A stretch of 32,000 nt of DNA from Nitrososphaera viennensis EN76 (GCF_000698785.1 NZ_CP007536.1:2400001-2432000), one strand, 5' to 3'; shown: positions 17,791 through 26,073, counted from the first letter of the stretch. Translations and numbers: made by a program. Notes: a model not told the origin generated them from the letters alone.

Positions 17791-19134
17791 ATGGCAAACA
17801 AAGATCGGAGCGAGGCAGAAGAACAAGAGCGTCTGGACTATATCTTTCAGCACAATTACAATCGCATCGAACAAGCGGCCAAAAGGCTTGAGCGAAAAGG
17901 GGGTCAGTTCTCGATGAAGATTTCTGCCGAAAAAGGAGAAAGCGTTCAAAGCGAATATACTGTTCCCGATGAAGATGCCACGATGGAGTTTGCCCTCGCC
18001 CTTGCCAGATTTGCACTTCCTGACACCTCATACACCATCGACCATTGGTTGAAATTCCTCCGCGAGTTAGCCGGTGAGAAACATTCTCTAGAGTTTGACA
18101 AGATTGAAAAAACATTACAACAGATCCGAGAAGGGAATACGCTCCTTACCCTGAACCAAGAGAAAATAACAGATGCCAAGGCATACGAAATAATGGCTCG
18201 GCAGGTAGTCTTTGCAAACGATACGGACGCAATAGCCTATGAGCAGGAACTGCTAAAACATGGCGATATCATTCGCCAATTCATGTGGATGAAGTACGAC
18301 AGCTACTGCCTTGGACTCTGGCAATTACTTCAATGGGTTCATGATTACCGCAAGAAACATGGAATCAGAGCCGCACATGTTAACCGCGAAACCATTTGCA
18401 TTTATTGCAAAGCAACGCAGGGCGACTTTGACCACGTAGAGCATACAATACCTGAGAGTCTTGGAAACGAATACGGCTTCCTTCCAAGAGGATATGTCTG
18501 TGGAGATTGCATGGCCGCCTTGAACAGCATAGAGGACGGCATCAATGATATGCTTCCGTTCTCTCTGGCCTTGATTACTACCAGCATCGGGAACAAGAAA
18601 GGCAAGCTTCCGTCACTGAAGTCACCCGAAATCCACATCCAGAAGAAGAGCCCCAACAAGCTGGTGTTCAAGTCCTTCGGAAAAAAGGGGGAACTCCGGG
18701 AAGAACCAGTGCAAGGTGGCGGTCATAAAATCAGCATCACTGTAAGCGGGCGCTTCGATGTACATAGAATTGCGCGGATGCTTTCCAAAGCTGCACTTGG
18801 AACCATCGCATTGGTGAAGGGTCGTGACGCAGTACTGGACGCCAAGTTCGATGACATAAGACGTTACATAATCAAGGGCGGTACATTTCCGAACAAGTTA
18901 ATGATATTCAAAGAGGGACTCCCTTCCCCTCGCATGGAAGCGGAGTGGTATGAGGTTGAGGGTGTCCCGGTGGTGAAACTCATTGTCTTGGGTTTCATTT
19001 TCATTGTAATCTTGGGTGAGAGACCTAAGTTCGATCCTCGTGATGAGCTTAAACCGCATATCATGATGTATGACTTGTCGCTTGAAAAACCAGAGGCAGC
19101 AGTTGAGAAGATGGATGGAACAAACCAAACATAA
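17791..19134 (+). CDS. HNH-nuclease-domain protein (HNH_5-like core) with about 200-aa N-terminal helical domain and C-terminal extension
   Basis: The core at nt 18397-18525 is CIYCKATQGDFDHVEHTIPESLGNEYGFLPRGYVCGDCMAALN, i.e. CxxC...EH.iPeslG...vCxxC. ATG start. Confidence 0.75.
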   Translation: MANKDRSEAEEQERLDYIFQHNYNRIEQAAKRLERKGGQFSMKISAEKGESVQSEYTVPDEDATMEFALALARFALPDTSYTIDHWLKFLRELAGEKHSLEFDKIEKTLQQIREGNTLLTLNQEKITDAKAYEIMARQVVFANDTDAIAYEQELLKHGDIIRQFMWMKYDSYCLGLWQLLQWVHDYRKKHGIRAAHVNRETICIYCKATQGDFDHVEHTIPESLGNEYGFLPRGYVCGDCMAALNSIEDGINDMLPFSLALITTSIGNKKGKLPSLKSPEIHIQKKSPNKLVFKSFGKKGELREEPVQGGGHKISITVSGRFDVHRIARMLSKAALGTIALVKGRDAVLDAKFDDIRRYIIKGGTFPNKLMIFKEGLPSPRMEAEWYEVEGVPVVKLIVLGFIFIVILGERPKFDPRDELKPHIMMYDLSLEKPEAAVEKMDGTNQT

Positions 19135-19170
19135 GGTGACGGATGCAAATCCCTACAGCAATGTTATATA

Positions 19171-19470
19171 ATGCTGTTACAATTTATCTCCGAAAAAGCG
19201 GTGGTAAAAAAGGTGGGCTCCGAGGGCACAGCAGATGATGATGCAAGAACAAGAAAGAAGAGCGCCAAGAAGGAGAGGATGAATAACGATTACGAAAGTC
19301 CTGCGGGGTACGCTGCTAGACTAAGAGGTGAACCAAATAATTTGGTGGATGTAAAGGAGATGACTGCAGAAGAATATGGACGTTATATAATAGAGAATCT
19401 TAGAAAATTAGACATGGAGTATGAGGAAGAACGCCGGCGTTTTGGAAGGGCCCGTATTGACATGCCATAG
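19171..19470 (+). CDS. Small highly charged protein; start uncertain
   Basis: ORF begins 36 nt after the HNH gene. Lys/Glu/Arg-rich. A TATA-like GTTATATAA at about 19163 could instead drive a start at GTG 19201 or ATG 19279. Confidence 0.4.
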   Translation: MLLQFISEKAVVKKVGSEGTADDDARTRKKSAKKERMNNDYESPAGYAARLRGEPNNLVDVKEMTAEEYGRYIIENLRKLDMEYEEERRRFGRARIDMP

Positions 19471-19482
19471 GTCGATATTGAA

Positions 19483-19950
19483 TTGGATCCTAATATCTTC
19501 ATCAAAAGTGTCCAGTTCCTAGGCACCCAAGGCAACAAAGGCGCTATCCAGATAGACTACATTCAAAGAATTATCAATAACAACCGTACAAATGTGACTG
19601 AAGAGGAACGGCGCAATCCCGTTATCTTTGACAAGCCATGCAAGAACTTTGTAGAAGTTGAGATTAGCGTAGTTACCGGGCGGGATTCCTCAAAATGGCT
19701 ATCAGGCGGCAACTTTGACTTCCAGACGAATACCGGCTCCGGGTATGTCTTGCATCTGCGCTATCCTGACTACGATGAGCCTGTAAAAGAGGTGATCGCG
19801 ATTATTCGTGGTATGGGCTTTGCCTGCTATCCCGGAAAGAAGAGTACTACTTGTTTTCTTGCAGGCAAGGAGCCTAACGAAAGGGAGGAAATTAATCTGC
19901 TAAACGAGGTGTGCGAGACGGTCAAGGCAAAGATGCCTGCTCAGAATTAG
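19483..19950 (+). CDS. Orphan protein (155 aa)
   Basis: TTG start 12 nt after the previous stop, an operon-like arrangement. Globular mixed composition with no recognisable motif. Confidence 0.5.
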   Translation: MDPNIFIKSVQFLGTQGNKGAIQIDYIQRIINNNRTNVTEEERRNPVIFDKPCKNFVEVEISVVTGRDSSKWLSGGNFDFQTNTGSGYVLHLRYPDYDEPVKEVIAIIRGMGFACYPGKKSTTCFLAGKEPNEREEINLLNEVCETVKAKMPAQN

Positions 19951-20057
19951 TTTAGCACCATTCAAAGTTGCACTTATCATAAGTAGTATAAACACGCTCT
20001 ACCCTGTTCTCTAAAATCAGGTGACTTTATTAGCAACGCTCTTTCTAGAAAAGTATT

Positions 20058-20213
20058 ATGAAACAAATATCACCACAACTCTTGGCAATGAAGAAAAGCG
20101 GAGGGAGGCGAACGGAAGAACAGAAGCAACTGTACCTAAAGATCCTTGCGGCGCGTCAGTCGCTGACGGAGGAACGCTGGTCCCGCCTGCAGGCAAAAGG
20201 CCAACGCGGATGA
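20058..20213 (+). CDS. Possible 51-aa basic helical protein (below the track's size cut-off)
   Basis: My own translation from ATG 20058: MKQISPQLLAMKKSGGRRTEEQKQLYLKILAARQSLTEERWSRLQAKGQRG*. It looks more protein-like than the overlapping track ORF 20021..20227. Confidence 0.25.
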   Translation: MKQISPQLLAMKKSGGRRTEEQKQLYLKILAARQSLTEERWSRLQAKGQRG

Positions 20214-20250
20214 CAAGCAGCACCTGAAAAAGAAAGGAAGAGTGCTAGGC

Positions 20251-20484
20251 TCAGCGTCCCTGTAATCTCTTGTTGATAACATCGATGTCTAACCATCTGC
20301 CTCTGCTACCTTTTACAACCCAACGCTTGCGATGGCCCTTCTCGATGTGCTCATCAACTTCTGAAAGCCCTAGCATCCTCTTATACAACCCATCGCCCAC
20401 GTACGACCGGTCAATAAAACGACGGTCGCAGAATGGACACTCTTCGTACTTAACATCCCTTGTTTCTTTTGGCTTGGATTCCAT
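20251..20484 (-). CDS. Small zinc-finger protein (CxxC ... HxxxxH)
   Basis: 77-aa ATG ORF with CPFCDRRF ... HIEKGH, consistent with a Cys2-His2 metal site. Confidence 0.55.
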   Translation of the reverse strand: MESKPKETRDVKYEECPFCDRRFIDRSYVGDGLYKRMLGLSEVDEHIEKGHRKRWVVKGSRGRWLDIDVINKRLQGR

Positions 20485-20837
20485 TACTCTTTTTCACTCT
20501 ACTTTGTTTGCACGTCCCAAGCCATACCATACCAAAACGGAAGGCCGCGCTGACATGCGAGCGACGGCAATCATCCTAATTGTTCTCATGCTAATATACT
20601 TTGCCGAGATATAGCATGGGACTTATGACAAGTGGAAAACGCTATAAGGTCAGGCGCTTAGAGATACTCGTACAGCCTTTGAAGCACTTGAATCGGATAG
20701 ACACATCCGCGCCTCTTGCAGGACTGTGAGAAGAAGATGATGATTCTGACGATACCGGTCGGGAAGGAGGAGAGAGCGCAGCATACGAAGAAGATGCACC
20801 TGACGCGATAACTGATCGATTGCCTGCGAGCGTGGTC

Positions 20838-21113
20838 ATGAAAATAGACAGCATGGCGACTGCAGAAGAGTTCATTTACTTTTTTGCAAGCTTTAGATCC
20901 TCCCTCGCTGCTACTTATTTCGCGCTGAAAGATGCTCAAAAAGCGGTACCTAGACCATACTTTTTTGGCAACTATCTGTACGATCTGGTAGCAGCTTGGA
21001 ATCTAACGCATCCGGAGCAATTATTAACACTTGGCTATATGATGACAGCAACAGAACGAATTGCAAACGAAGGAGCAGTTTATGAACGACTTGACGCGCC
21101 CTGCTATCGATAA
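20838..21113 (+). CDS. Orphan protein; frame stays open upstream to an in-frame TGA at 20727
   Basis: ATG at 20838 (MKIDSMATAEEF...); the track uses TTG 20820. An acidic in-frame extension (EEDDDSDDTGREGGESAAYEEDAPD) lies upstream. The minus-strand ORFs here look like antisense shadows. Confidence 0.45.
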   Translation: MKIDSMATAEEFIYFFASFRSSLAATYFALKDAQKAVPRPYFFGNYLYDLVAAWNLTHPEQLLTLGYMMTATERIANEGAVYERLDAPCYR

Positions 21114-21117
21114 TTAG

Positions 21118-21543
21118 CTAGTCCTTTCGAGGCCGGCCGCGCTGTTTGCGTGTTTTGATGCTCTCTGCCTTGCTGTATAGCTCGGGTACAGCCTTTCGCG
21201 CAAACTTGACGTACAGGTCAAGCGCCTGCACTCTGGTGCACGACAAATTGCCCTTCTTGTCTACCGAGACTGCGACAGGCACCTGCGCCTGCGTGTCGTA
21301 CATAACGACTCTCCCCGGACCCTTGCTGACGAGCATGAGCCGGGGAAGGTTCTGCCTGTTTATGTACAGCCTGACAAGCAGTTCGACGTAATCAGAAATG
21401 AGCGGGTTTCCGTACACTTCTCCCACTTCTTTCTGGAAGGCTTGAAACTCTGACTTTAGAGTATTCACAGTTGGCTTTAGCAGGTTTATTGTCTTGTACC
21501 CGTAGTTCGTCAGGTAGGGCCGCTGCTCCTTCTTTACTGCCAA
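21118..21543 (-). CDS. Putative DNA-binding protein with C-terminal AT-hook (RGRPRK), divergent from integrase
   Basis: TTG start, with minus-strand TATA TTTTATCTA at 21568-21576. C-terminus is KTRKQRGRPRKD. Confidence 0.55.
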   Translation of the reverse strand: MAVKKEQRPYLTNYGYKTINLLKPTVNTLKSEFQAFQKEVGEVYGNPLISDYVELLVRLYINRQNLPRLMLVSKGPGRVVMYDTQAQVPVAVSVDKKGNLSCTRVQALDLYVKFARKAVPELYSKAESIKTRKQRGRPRKD

Positions 21544-21576
21544 CTTGTCGGGAGTGCTCTACCCCAGTAGATAAAA

Positions 21577-21594
21577 CTTGTGACTTGTCACAAG
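21577..21594. promoter_or_regulatory. Inverted repeat CTTGTGAC-TT-GTCACAAG abutting the TATA box of 21118..21543
   Basis: Perfect 8-bp arms read from the sequence. Located in the 310-bp spacer shared with the integrase gene. Confidence 0.4.
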
Positions 21595-21853
21595 AATGGC
21601 AAAATGATTAATTATTTGAGAATATCGTTTCCTGCAAGCGTCTAATGCACCAAAAACGTTGTGTAACTTGTTGCATAGACGGGAAGATTCAAGCTAGCCC
21701 TGAAAATACACAAATACTAAACTTTTACTTCAGCGATCATAAAGCAATACTAACAATTTTTCCGACTTTATTATCTATTATCTGGTATATCTATCCCCCT
21801 ACTAGGCCAGTGATTCTGTCAGTTCTAGGTAATGCTACATCTAAAGGGGTAGA

Positions 21854-23233
21854 TTGCTAGTGGTTCAAGCACTCGTACGGAGAAAGAGCCGTCTAAGGGT
21901 CAAGGGTATCAAAGTCAAGGACAGGGGAAAGATCAAAGAAGCTATAACGATCAGCATACAAAACGGCAACTATACTACCAGAGAAATAGGCATTGACATT
22001 GGCAAAGACCATAGCACCATATCACGGTATCTGACGGAAATGGAAAGAGAAGAAAGGTGGGGAATCAAGCGCGATGCCAATGGCAATATCATCATATCGC
22101 TGCAAAAGCAAATAGCTCAACAGTACCAGAGATTAGACAAGGAACCGTTCAACCAGCTGCCATCCATTCAAAAATGGATAACCTACCTGAAATCTGGCAA
22201 GATTCCAGCTAGAAGAATAAGATACATGACAAACATGGTCCATGAGATATCCGACCAGCTAAAGGTCATGCCTGAAACCATTGTTAGCTTTGGAGTGCCG
22301 ATAGACGCTGCAAAGCGCAAAGAAATAGCTATAGAGTACTGGCAGCACTTTCTAGCTTGGTTCAACTCTGCATATCCACAGATGCAGAGGACGAGAAATA
22401 TCACTACATTCCGAAGCTTCCTTTCGGCGCACAACATCAACTTTGCCCACGGTGAAGGCAAGCGCTATGGGCTGTCAACTACGCCGGAAAAGCTTGGTGA
22501 ATACAAGGATATCATGCTCACACCGGAGCAGATAGACAGGATAAACAAAAGACTGGAAAACGAGGGCGACTGGCTATCTTGGAGCTTTATGAACATCGAT
22601 CTGCATACCGGAGCTAGAGCCTTTGCGATGGCATCTATGAGCTGGGACAGGATTGCCATGTCTCCTATCTTTAGAGTGGAGCAGTTCGAGCCCAAGATAA
22701 AGAAAGGCTCATGGTATCTTGGAAGTGAGGGCAAGTGGTGGGTCAAGTACCCGACTGAAGAATGCCGCGCTATTGTTGAAACTGCTTATGACAGGCTACC
22801 AAAAGAAAGAAAATTCCTGTTCTTTGAGGATGCCAAGAGCGACAAGGCAAACGCGCTGCAGGTGGCATATTTTATGAGAAAGATGGCAGTCAGGCTCAAA
22901 AAGATATTTTCAGAGCTTGACATAAGCAGCTGGCTAAATGAAAAGACGAGGATGTACGCGCTTGGAGACGGATTGTACTTCACCGGACATCCATTGCATT
23001 TGTTCAGGCATACAATGGCTCAATACTATCTTGCAGCGACAAACTGGTCACTCGCTTACGTGGCAAGCTTGGGTGGATGGGAAAATACCGAAGTGCTGAA
23101 CAAGTGCTACGGCGGCATTCCAGAGCATATCAAGGCACAGATTGCTAAGTCAGTTCATGTTAAGTTTGATAAACTAGATCTTTGTGTTGCAGTTGCTGCA
23201 GAATATACATCGTTAATTTCTCGCATCAGGTAG
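21854..23233 (+). CDS. Tyrosine recombinase (phage-integrase family) with N-terminal HTH
   Basis: Catalytic signature: HTGARAFAMASMSWDRI (Arg), HLFRHTMAQYY (HxxR), GGWENTEVLNKCYGG (Trp/Tyr). N-terminal HTH is TTREIGIDIGKDHSTISRYL. Only TTG 21854 or GTG 21860 can serve as start. The gene is intact, not split as in SSV-type integration. Confidence 0.85.
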   Translation: MLVVQALVRRKSRLRVKGIKVKDRGKIKEAITISIQNGNYTTREIGIDIGKDHSTISRYLTEMEREERWGIKRDANGNIIISLQKQIAQQYQRLDKEPFNQLPSIQKWITYLKSGKIPARRIRYMTNMVHEISDQLKVMPETIVSFGVPIDAAKRKEIAIEYWQHFLAWFNSAYPQMQRTRNITTFRSFLSAHNINFAHGEGKRYGLSTTPEKLGEYKDIMLTPEQIDRINKRLENEGDWLSWSFMNIDLHTGARAFAMASMSWDRIAMSPIFRVEQFEPKIKKGSWYLGSEGKWWVKYPTEECRAIVETAYDRLPKERKFLFFEDAKSDKANALQVAYFMRKMAVRLKKIFSELDISSWLNEKTRMYALGDGLYFTGHPLHLFRHTMAQYYLAATNWSLAYVASLGGWENTEVLNKCYGGIPEHIKAQIAKSVHVKFDKLDLCVAVAAEYTSLISRIR

Positions 23234-23315
23234 AACAGTCCAGAGGAACTCGGACTCGAACAATCAATACTTGCCTCAGAAAAATCTATAATATTGTTCC
23301 AATTTCAGTTGCAAT

Positions 23316-24536
23316 GTGGATATTAAACAGAGAAGAATGCTACTTCTTCAGAATCCCTCCACACTCAACCGCGAAGAAACTTGGCTTCGTGAAGCTTACG
23401 CCAACATAGTATCCAATCTGCTGGAGTACGCTACGGATCCTTCTTCTAACATTGATCCTTTCGCTGCAAAGTTCATGGGCATTGAGGCTCTTGAAAATAA
23501 TAAGGAAGAATATCGCGCCTTCATGGAGGTTACGTCCTACTTTTGGGGTTCCAAAGGAGGAAGAGGAGCTTTAATAGAAAAGATAATGGCTGCGGCTGCT
23601 GGCACCACCGCAGCTAATGGAATACTCCTTTCAAAAATACCCAAATGGATAGCGTCTATCAAAGGCATCCAAGATGTTAAGGAGTGGAAGTCTACTGGGA
23701 GTGATCCTAAGCTGAAGTTTGACTTATTGAATGTAATTGGCAACAGGCTCGTATTCTTGGAGATAAAGAATAGAGTGGATAGTGGCGGTACTGCTGCCAG
23801 AGAGGAGGCACTGGCAAAGAAATTCCTAAAACTAGCCGAGATGATTCAGAACGGAATCCCAATCTATATTGGCGATGGTGTTGACATGGATATTGCACAA
23901 ACCTTTCTCGGACTTGGTATCAAGAGATTGGAAATGCATGCAGGTTTCTTGTTTAACTCCAAAGGGGATGAAGCAACGATAGAAGATGATAAATCAAAGG
24001 GATTCTATGGACAGAGCAAGAGGCTACTGGAGGAATATTTTAAGAAACACAACAATCGCTTCTCTGTAAAGCTAACTTACGATACAAACAACCAAAGGCT
24101 GAGTTTTGAAAAAGACGGCTTGGCCGTAATTATCGATTTGCTATACGGAAGCGATGTTACCAAGAATTTTACCCATGAACAATTGAACCTTGGGAAAGTC
24201 ATGAACAAGGTGTTTAGGAAGAAATGGGATGACATTTGGTTGTCTGTAAAGATGGCAATCTCTCAGAGAACCCTTTTACTAAGAGATGGAAACAACATTA
24301 TTGGCGAAATAGGACGTTCATTAACTAAAAAAGCTGACCCGGGTTTCATTGTAAATTATGACAAATTTGTGGCGAACCCAGAAGATATCAAAAGTTTAAT
24401 GGAATGTGTTAGAATCATTAAACAAAAGATAGGCTCATCATCGTCAACAGCCGATGGCGAAATAGCTGATTGTGTTTATGCATACGCTGGCGTCCACTAT
24501 CCCTATAAAAAGTTTAAATCCTCTGTGGAGGTCTGA
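23316..24536 (+). CDS. Candidate type II restriction endonuclease (PD-(D/E)xK-like)
   Basis: Ends 21 nt before the methyltransferase gene on the same strand. FDLLNVIGNRLVFLEIKNR provides a D...ExK arrangement. Start is GTG 23316 or ATG 23337. Confidence 0.5.
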   Translation: MDIKQRRMLLLQNPSTLNREETWLREAYANIVSNLLEYATDPSSNIDPFAAKFMGIEALENNKEEYRAFMEVTSYFWGSKGGRGALIEKIMAAAAGTTAANGILLSKIPKWIASIKGIQDVKEWKSTGSDPKLKFDLLNVIGNRLVFLEIKNRVDSGGTAAREEALAKKFLKLAEMIQNGIPIYIGDGVDMDIAQTFLGLGIKRLEMHAGFLFNSKGDEATIEDDKSKGFYGQSKRLLEEYFKKHNNRFSVKLTYDTNNQRLSFEKDGLAVIIDLLYGSDVTKNFTHEQLNLGKVMNKVFRKKWDDIWLSVKMAISQRTLLLRDGNNIIGEIGRSLTKKADPGFIVNYDKFVANPEDIKSLMECVRIIKQKIGSSSSTADGEIADCVYAYAGVHYPYKKFKSSVEV

Positions 24537-24557
24537 CAAGATGGAAAGCTCATCTGG

Positions 24558-25700
24558 ATGATCTCCTATAATTTACTCAAAGGCGATTCCCTTAAGGTTC
24601 TAAGAGAACTCGCAAACGATCCTAATGAGAAAGGAAAATATCGCGTGATCATAACTTCTCCACCATATTATGGTCACAGACACTATGGCAAGAATGGTGT
24701 CGAAGAGGTAGGCCGGGAAAAGACAGACCAGCAATTCATCGACAAACTAGCCGAAATCTTTGGAACTTGTAGAGATTTACTGACGGAAGATGGTTCACTT
24801 TGGATAGTCATAGGCGATACTCGCCGAAATAACAGCAAACTTATGATTCCCCACAGGCTGGCACTGAAACTGGTTGAAAAGAGCTACACATTCAGGGAGG
24901 ATATAGTCTGGTACAAGAAAAATAATGTGTCAAGTAGTGCTAAGAACAATCTTTCTCAAGCTTACGAGTTTATTCTATTTCTGTCCAAGAATGATTCATC
25001 ATATACCAACCTCGACCTCATCAGGGTAAGAGGCAATGAGGCCAGAGAAGGAAGGAATAAGACTCCTCCGCCTGAACTCATACAACACAAGCCTATTAAT
25101 CCCGACAAGAAGAAAATTGCTCAATTAGAAGAAATTATCCACAATGCAGAGCCAGACACGCCATTTAGTGCGCTGCCTTCTACAAGCGAGATTTCATTGG
25201 CATACGGTTATGATCCAGAGAAGTATTGTCCTACTTGCTTTAGAAAGTTCAAGAGACACGCTACGCGCAAGAGAATTGGCGACCACAAACATTATCCGAT
25301 ATTTGCAGTATGCAATCCGATTGGCAAAAACCCCGGCAACGTCTGGGAAATATCTACGAAGGCACATTATGGTAACGAGCATTTCGCGATCTTCCCCGAA
25401 GACCTTGTTGCTCGCATAATCAATTTTGCATCACAGGAAGGAGACTGGGTTCTCGACCCTTTCATGGGAAGAGGCACAACTGGCATAGTCTGTGCGTTAA
25501 CTGGCAGGAACTTCAAAGGGATTGACTTATATGAAAAGAACGTGAAAACGTCAGAAGAAAACATTGAAGAAGCTATGAAAGGAACATACGACAACAAATT
25601 GATAAACGCAGTAGCGAGAGAAACGAAATTAGCGGAGTCCATAGAGGATAAGATGACGTTAGAAACTTACCTGCTAACAGATGGTTCATTTTCTAAATAA
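24558..25700 (+). CDS. Beta-class N4-cytosine/N6-adenine DNA methyltransferase (SPPY type, probably m4C)
   Basis: Motif IV VIITSPPYYG is N-terminal and motif I VLDPFMGRGTTG is C-terminal, which is the beta-class order. IVWYKKN also fits. The variable region between them has CPTC ... HKH. Confidence 0.9.
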   Translation: MISYNLLKGDSLKVLRELANDPNEKGKYRVIITSPPYYGHRHYGKNGVEEVGREKTDQQFIDKLAEIFGTCRDLLTEDGSLWIVIGDTRRNNSKLMIPHRLALKLVEKSYTFREDIVWYKKNNVSSSAKNNLSQAYEFILFLSKNDSSYTNLDLIRVRGNEAREGRNKTPPPELIQHKPINPDKKKIAQLEEIIHNAEPDTPFSALPSTSEISLAYGYDPEKYCPTCFRKFKRHATRKRIGDHKHYPIFAVCNPIGKNPGNVWEISTKAHYGNEHFAIFPEDLVARIINFASQEGDWVLDPFMGRGTTGIVCALTGRNFKGIDLYEKNVKTSEENIEEAMKGTYDNKLINAVARETKLAESIEDKMTLETYLLTDGSFSK

Positions 25701-25714
25701 ATAATGTCGTTACT

Positions 25715-25885
25715 TCAAAGTGCTTGTTCATTATCCAATTTGACGATTCTATCGAGTCTGCCGCTTATCCAATGAACCTTGTCTGTCATTTCATATACCA
25801 CATTCCAAATATGCAAGGCTTGCCGTGAACCGGTGATCATAAAGTGTGTGCCTGATTCTCGTATACGATATGTTTTATTTGCCAT
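25715..25885 (-). CDS. Possible 56-aa protein (below track cut-off)
   Basis: My own translation: MANKTYRIRESGTHFMITGSRQALHIWNVVYEMTDKVHWISGRLDRIVKLDNEQAL*. Minus-strand TATA-like TAATATAGA lies about 27 nt upstream of the ATG, with a palindrome between them. Confidence 0.3.
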   Translation of the reverse strand: MANKTYRIRESGTHFMITGSRQALHIWNVVYEMTDKVHWISGRLDRIVKLDNEQAL

Positions 25886-25892
25886 ATCTGGC

Positions 25893-25915
25893 AGAATACT
25901 CTAGAACTGTATTCT
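25893..25915. promoter_or_regulatory. Inverted repeat AGAATAC-N9-GTATTCT between TATA and ATG of the 56-aa ORF
   Basis: Read from the sequence. The position is typical of an operator overlapping a transcription start site. Confidence 0.35.
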
Positions 25916-26073
25916 ATATTAGTTTTACAAACATTAGAGAAATGAGCTTGAAACGAGGCCTACTTTTTTTTTAACAAAGAACAGACTTTCTTAACATAAG
26001 CCACTTTTTTTGACAAAGCCCCAAATTTCATAAGGGTTTTTAGTTGCCATTAGCAAGATTATTCGGCGATTAG

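Noticed and set aside
20642-20939. Minus-strand ORFs 20642..20875 and 20658..20939
   Set aside because: They are Ser-rich mirror frames of the acidic plus-strand frame. The plus-strand reading is more protein-like.
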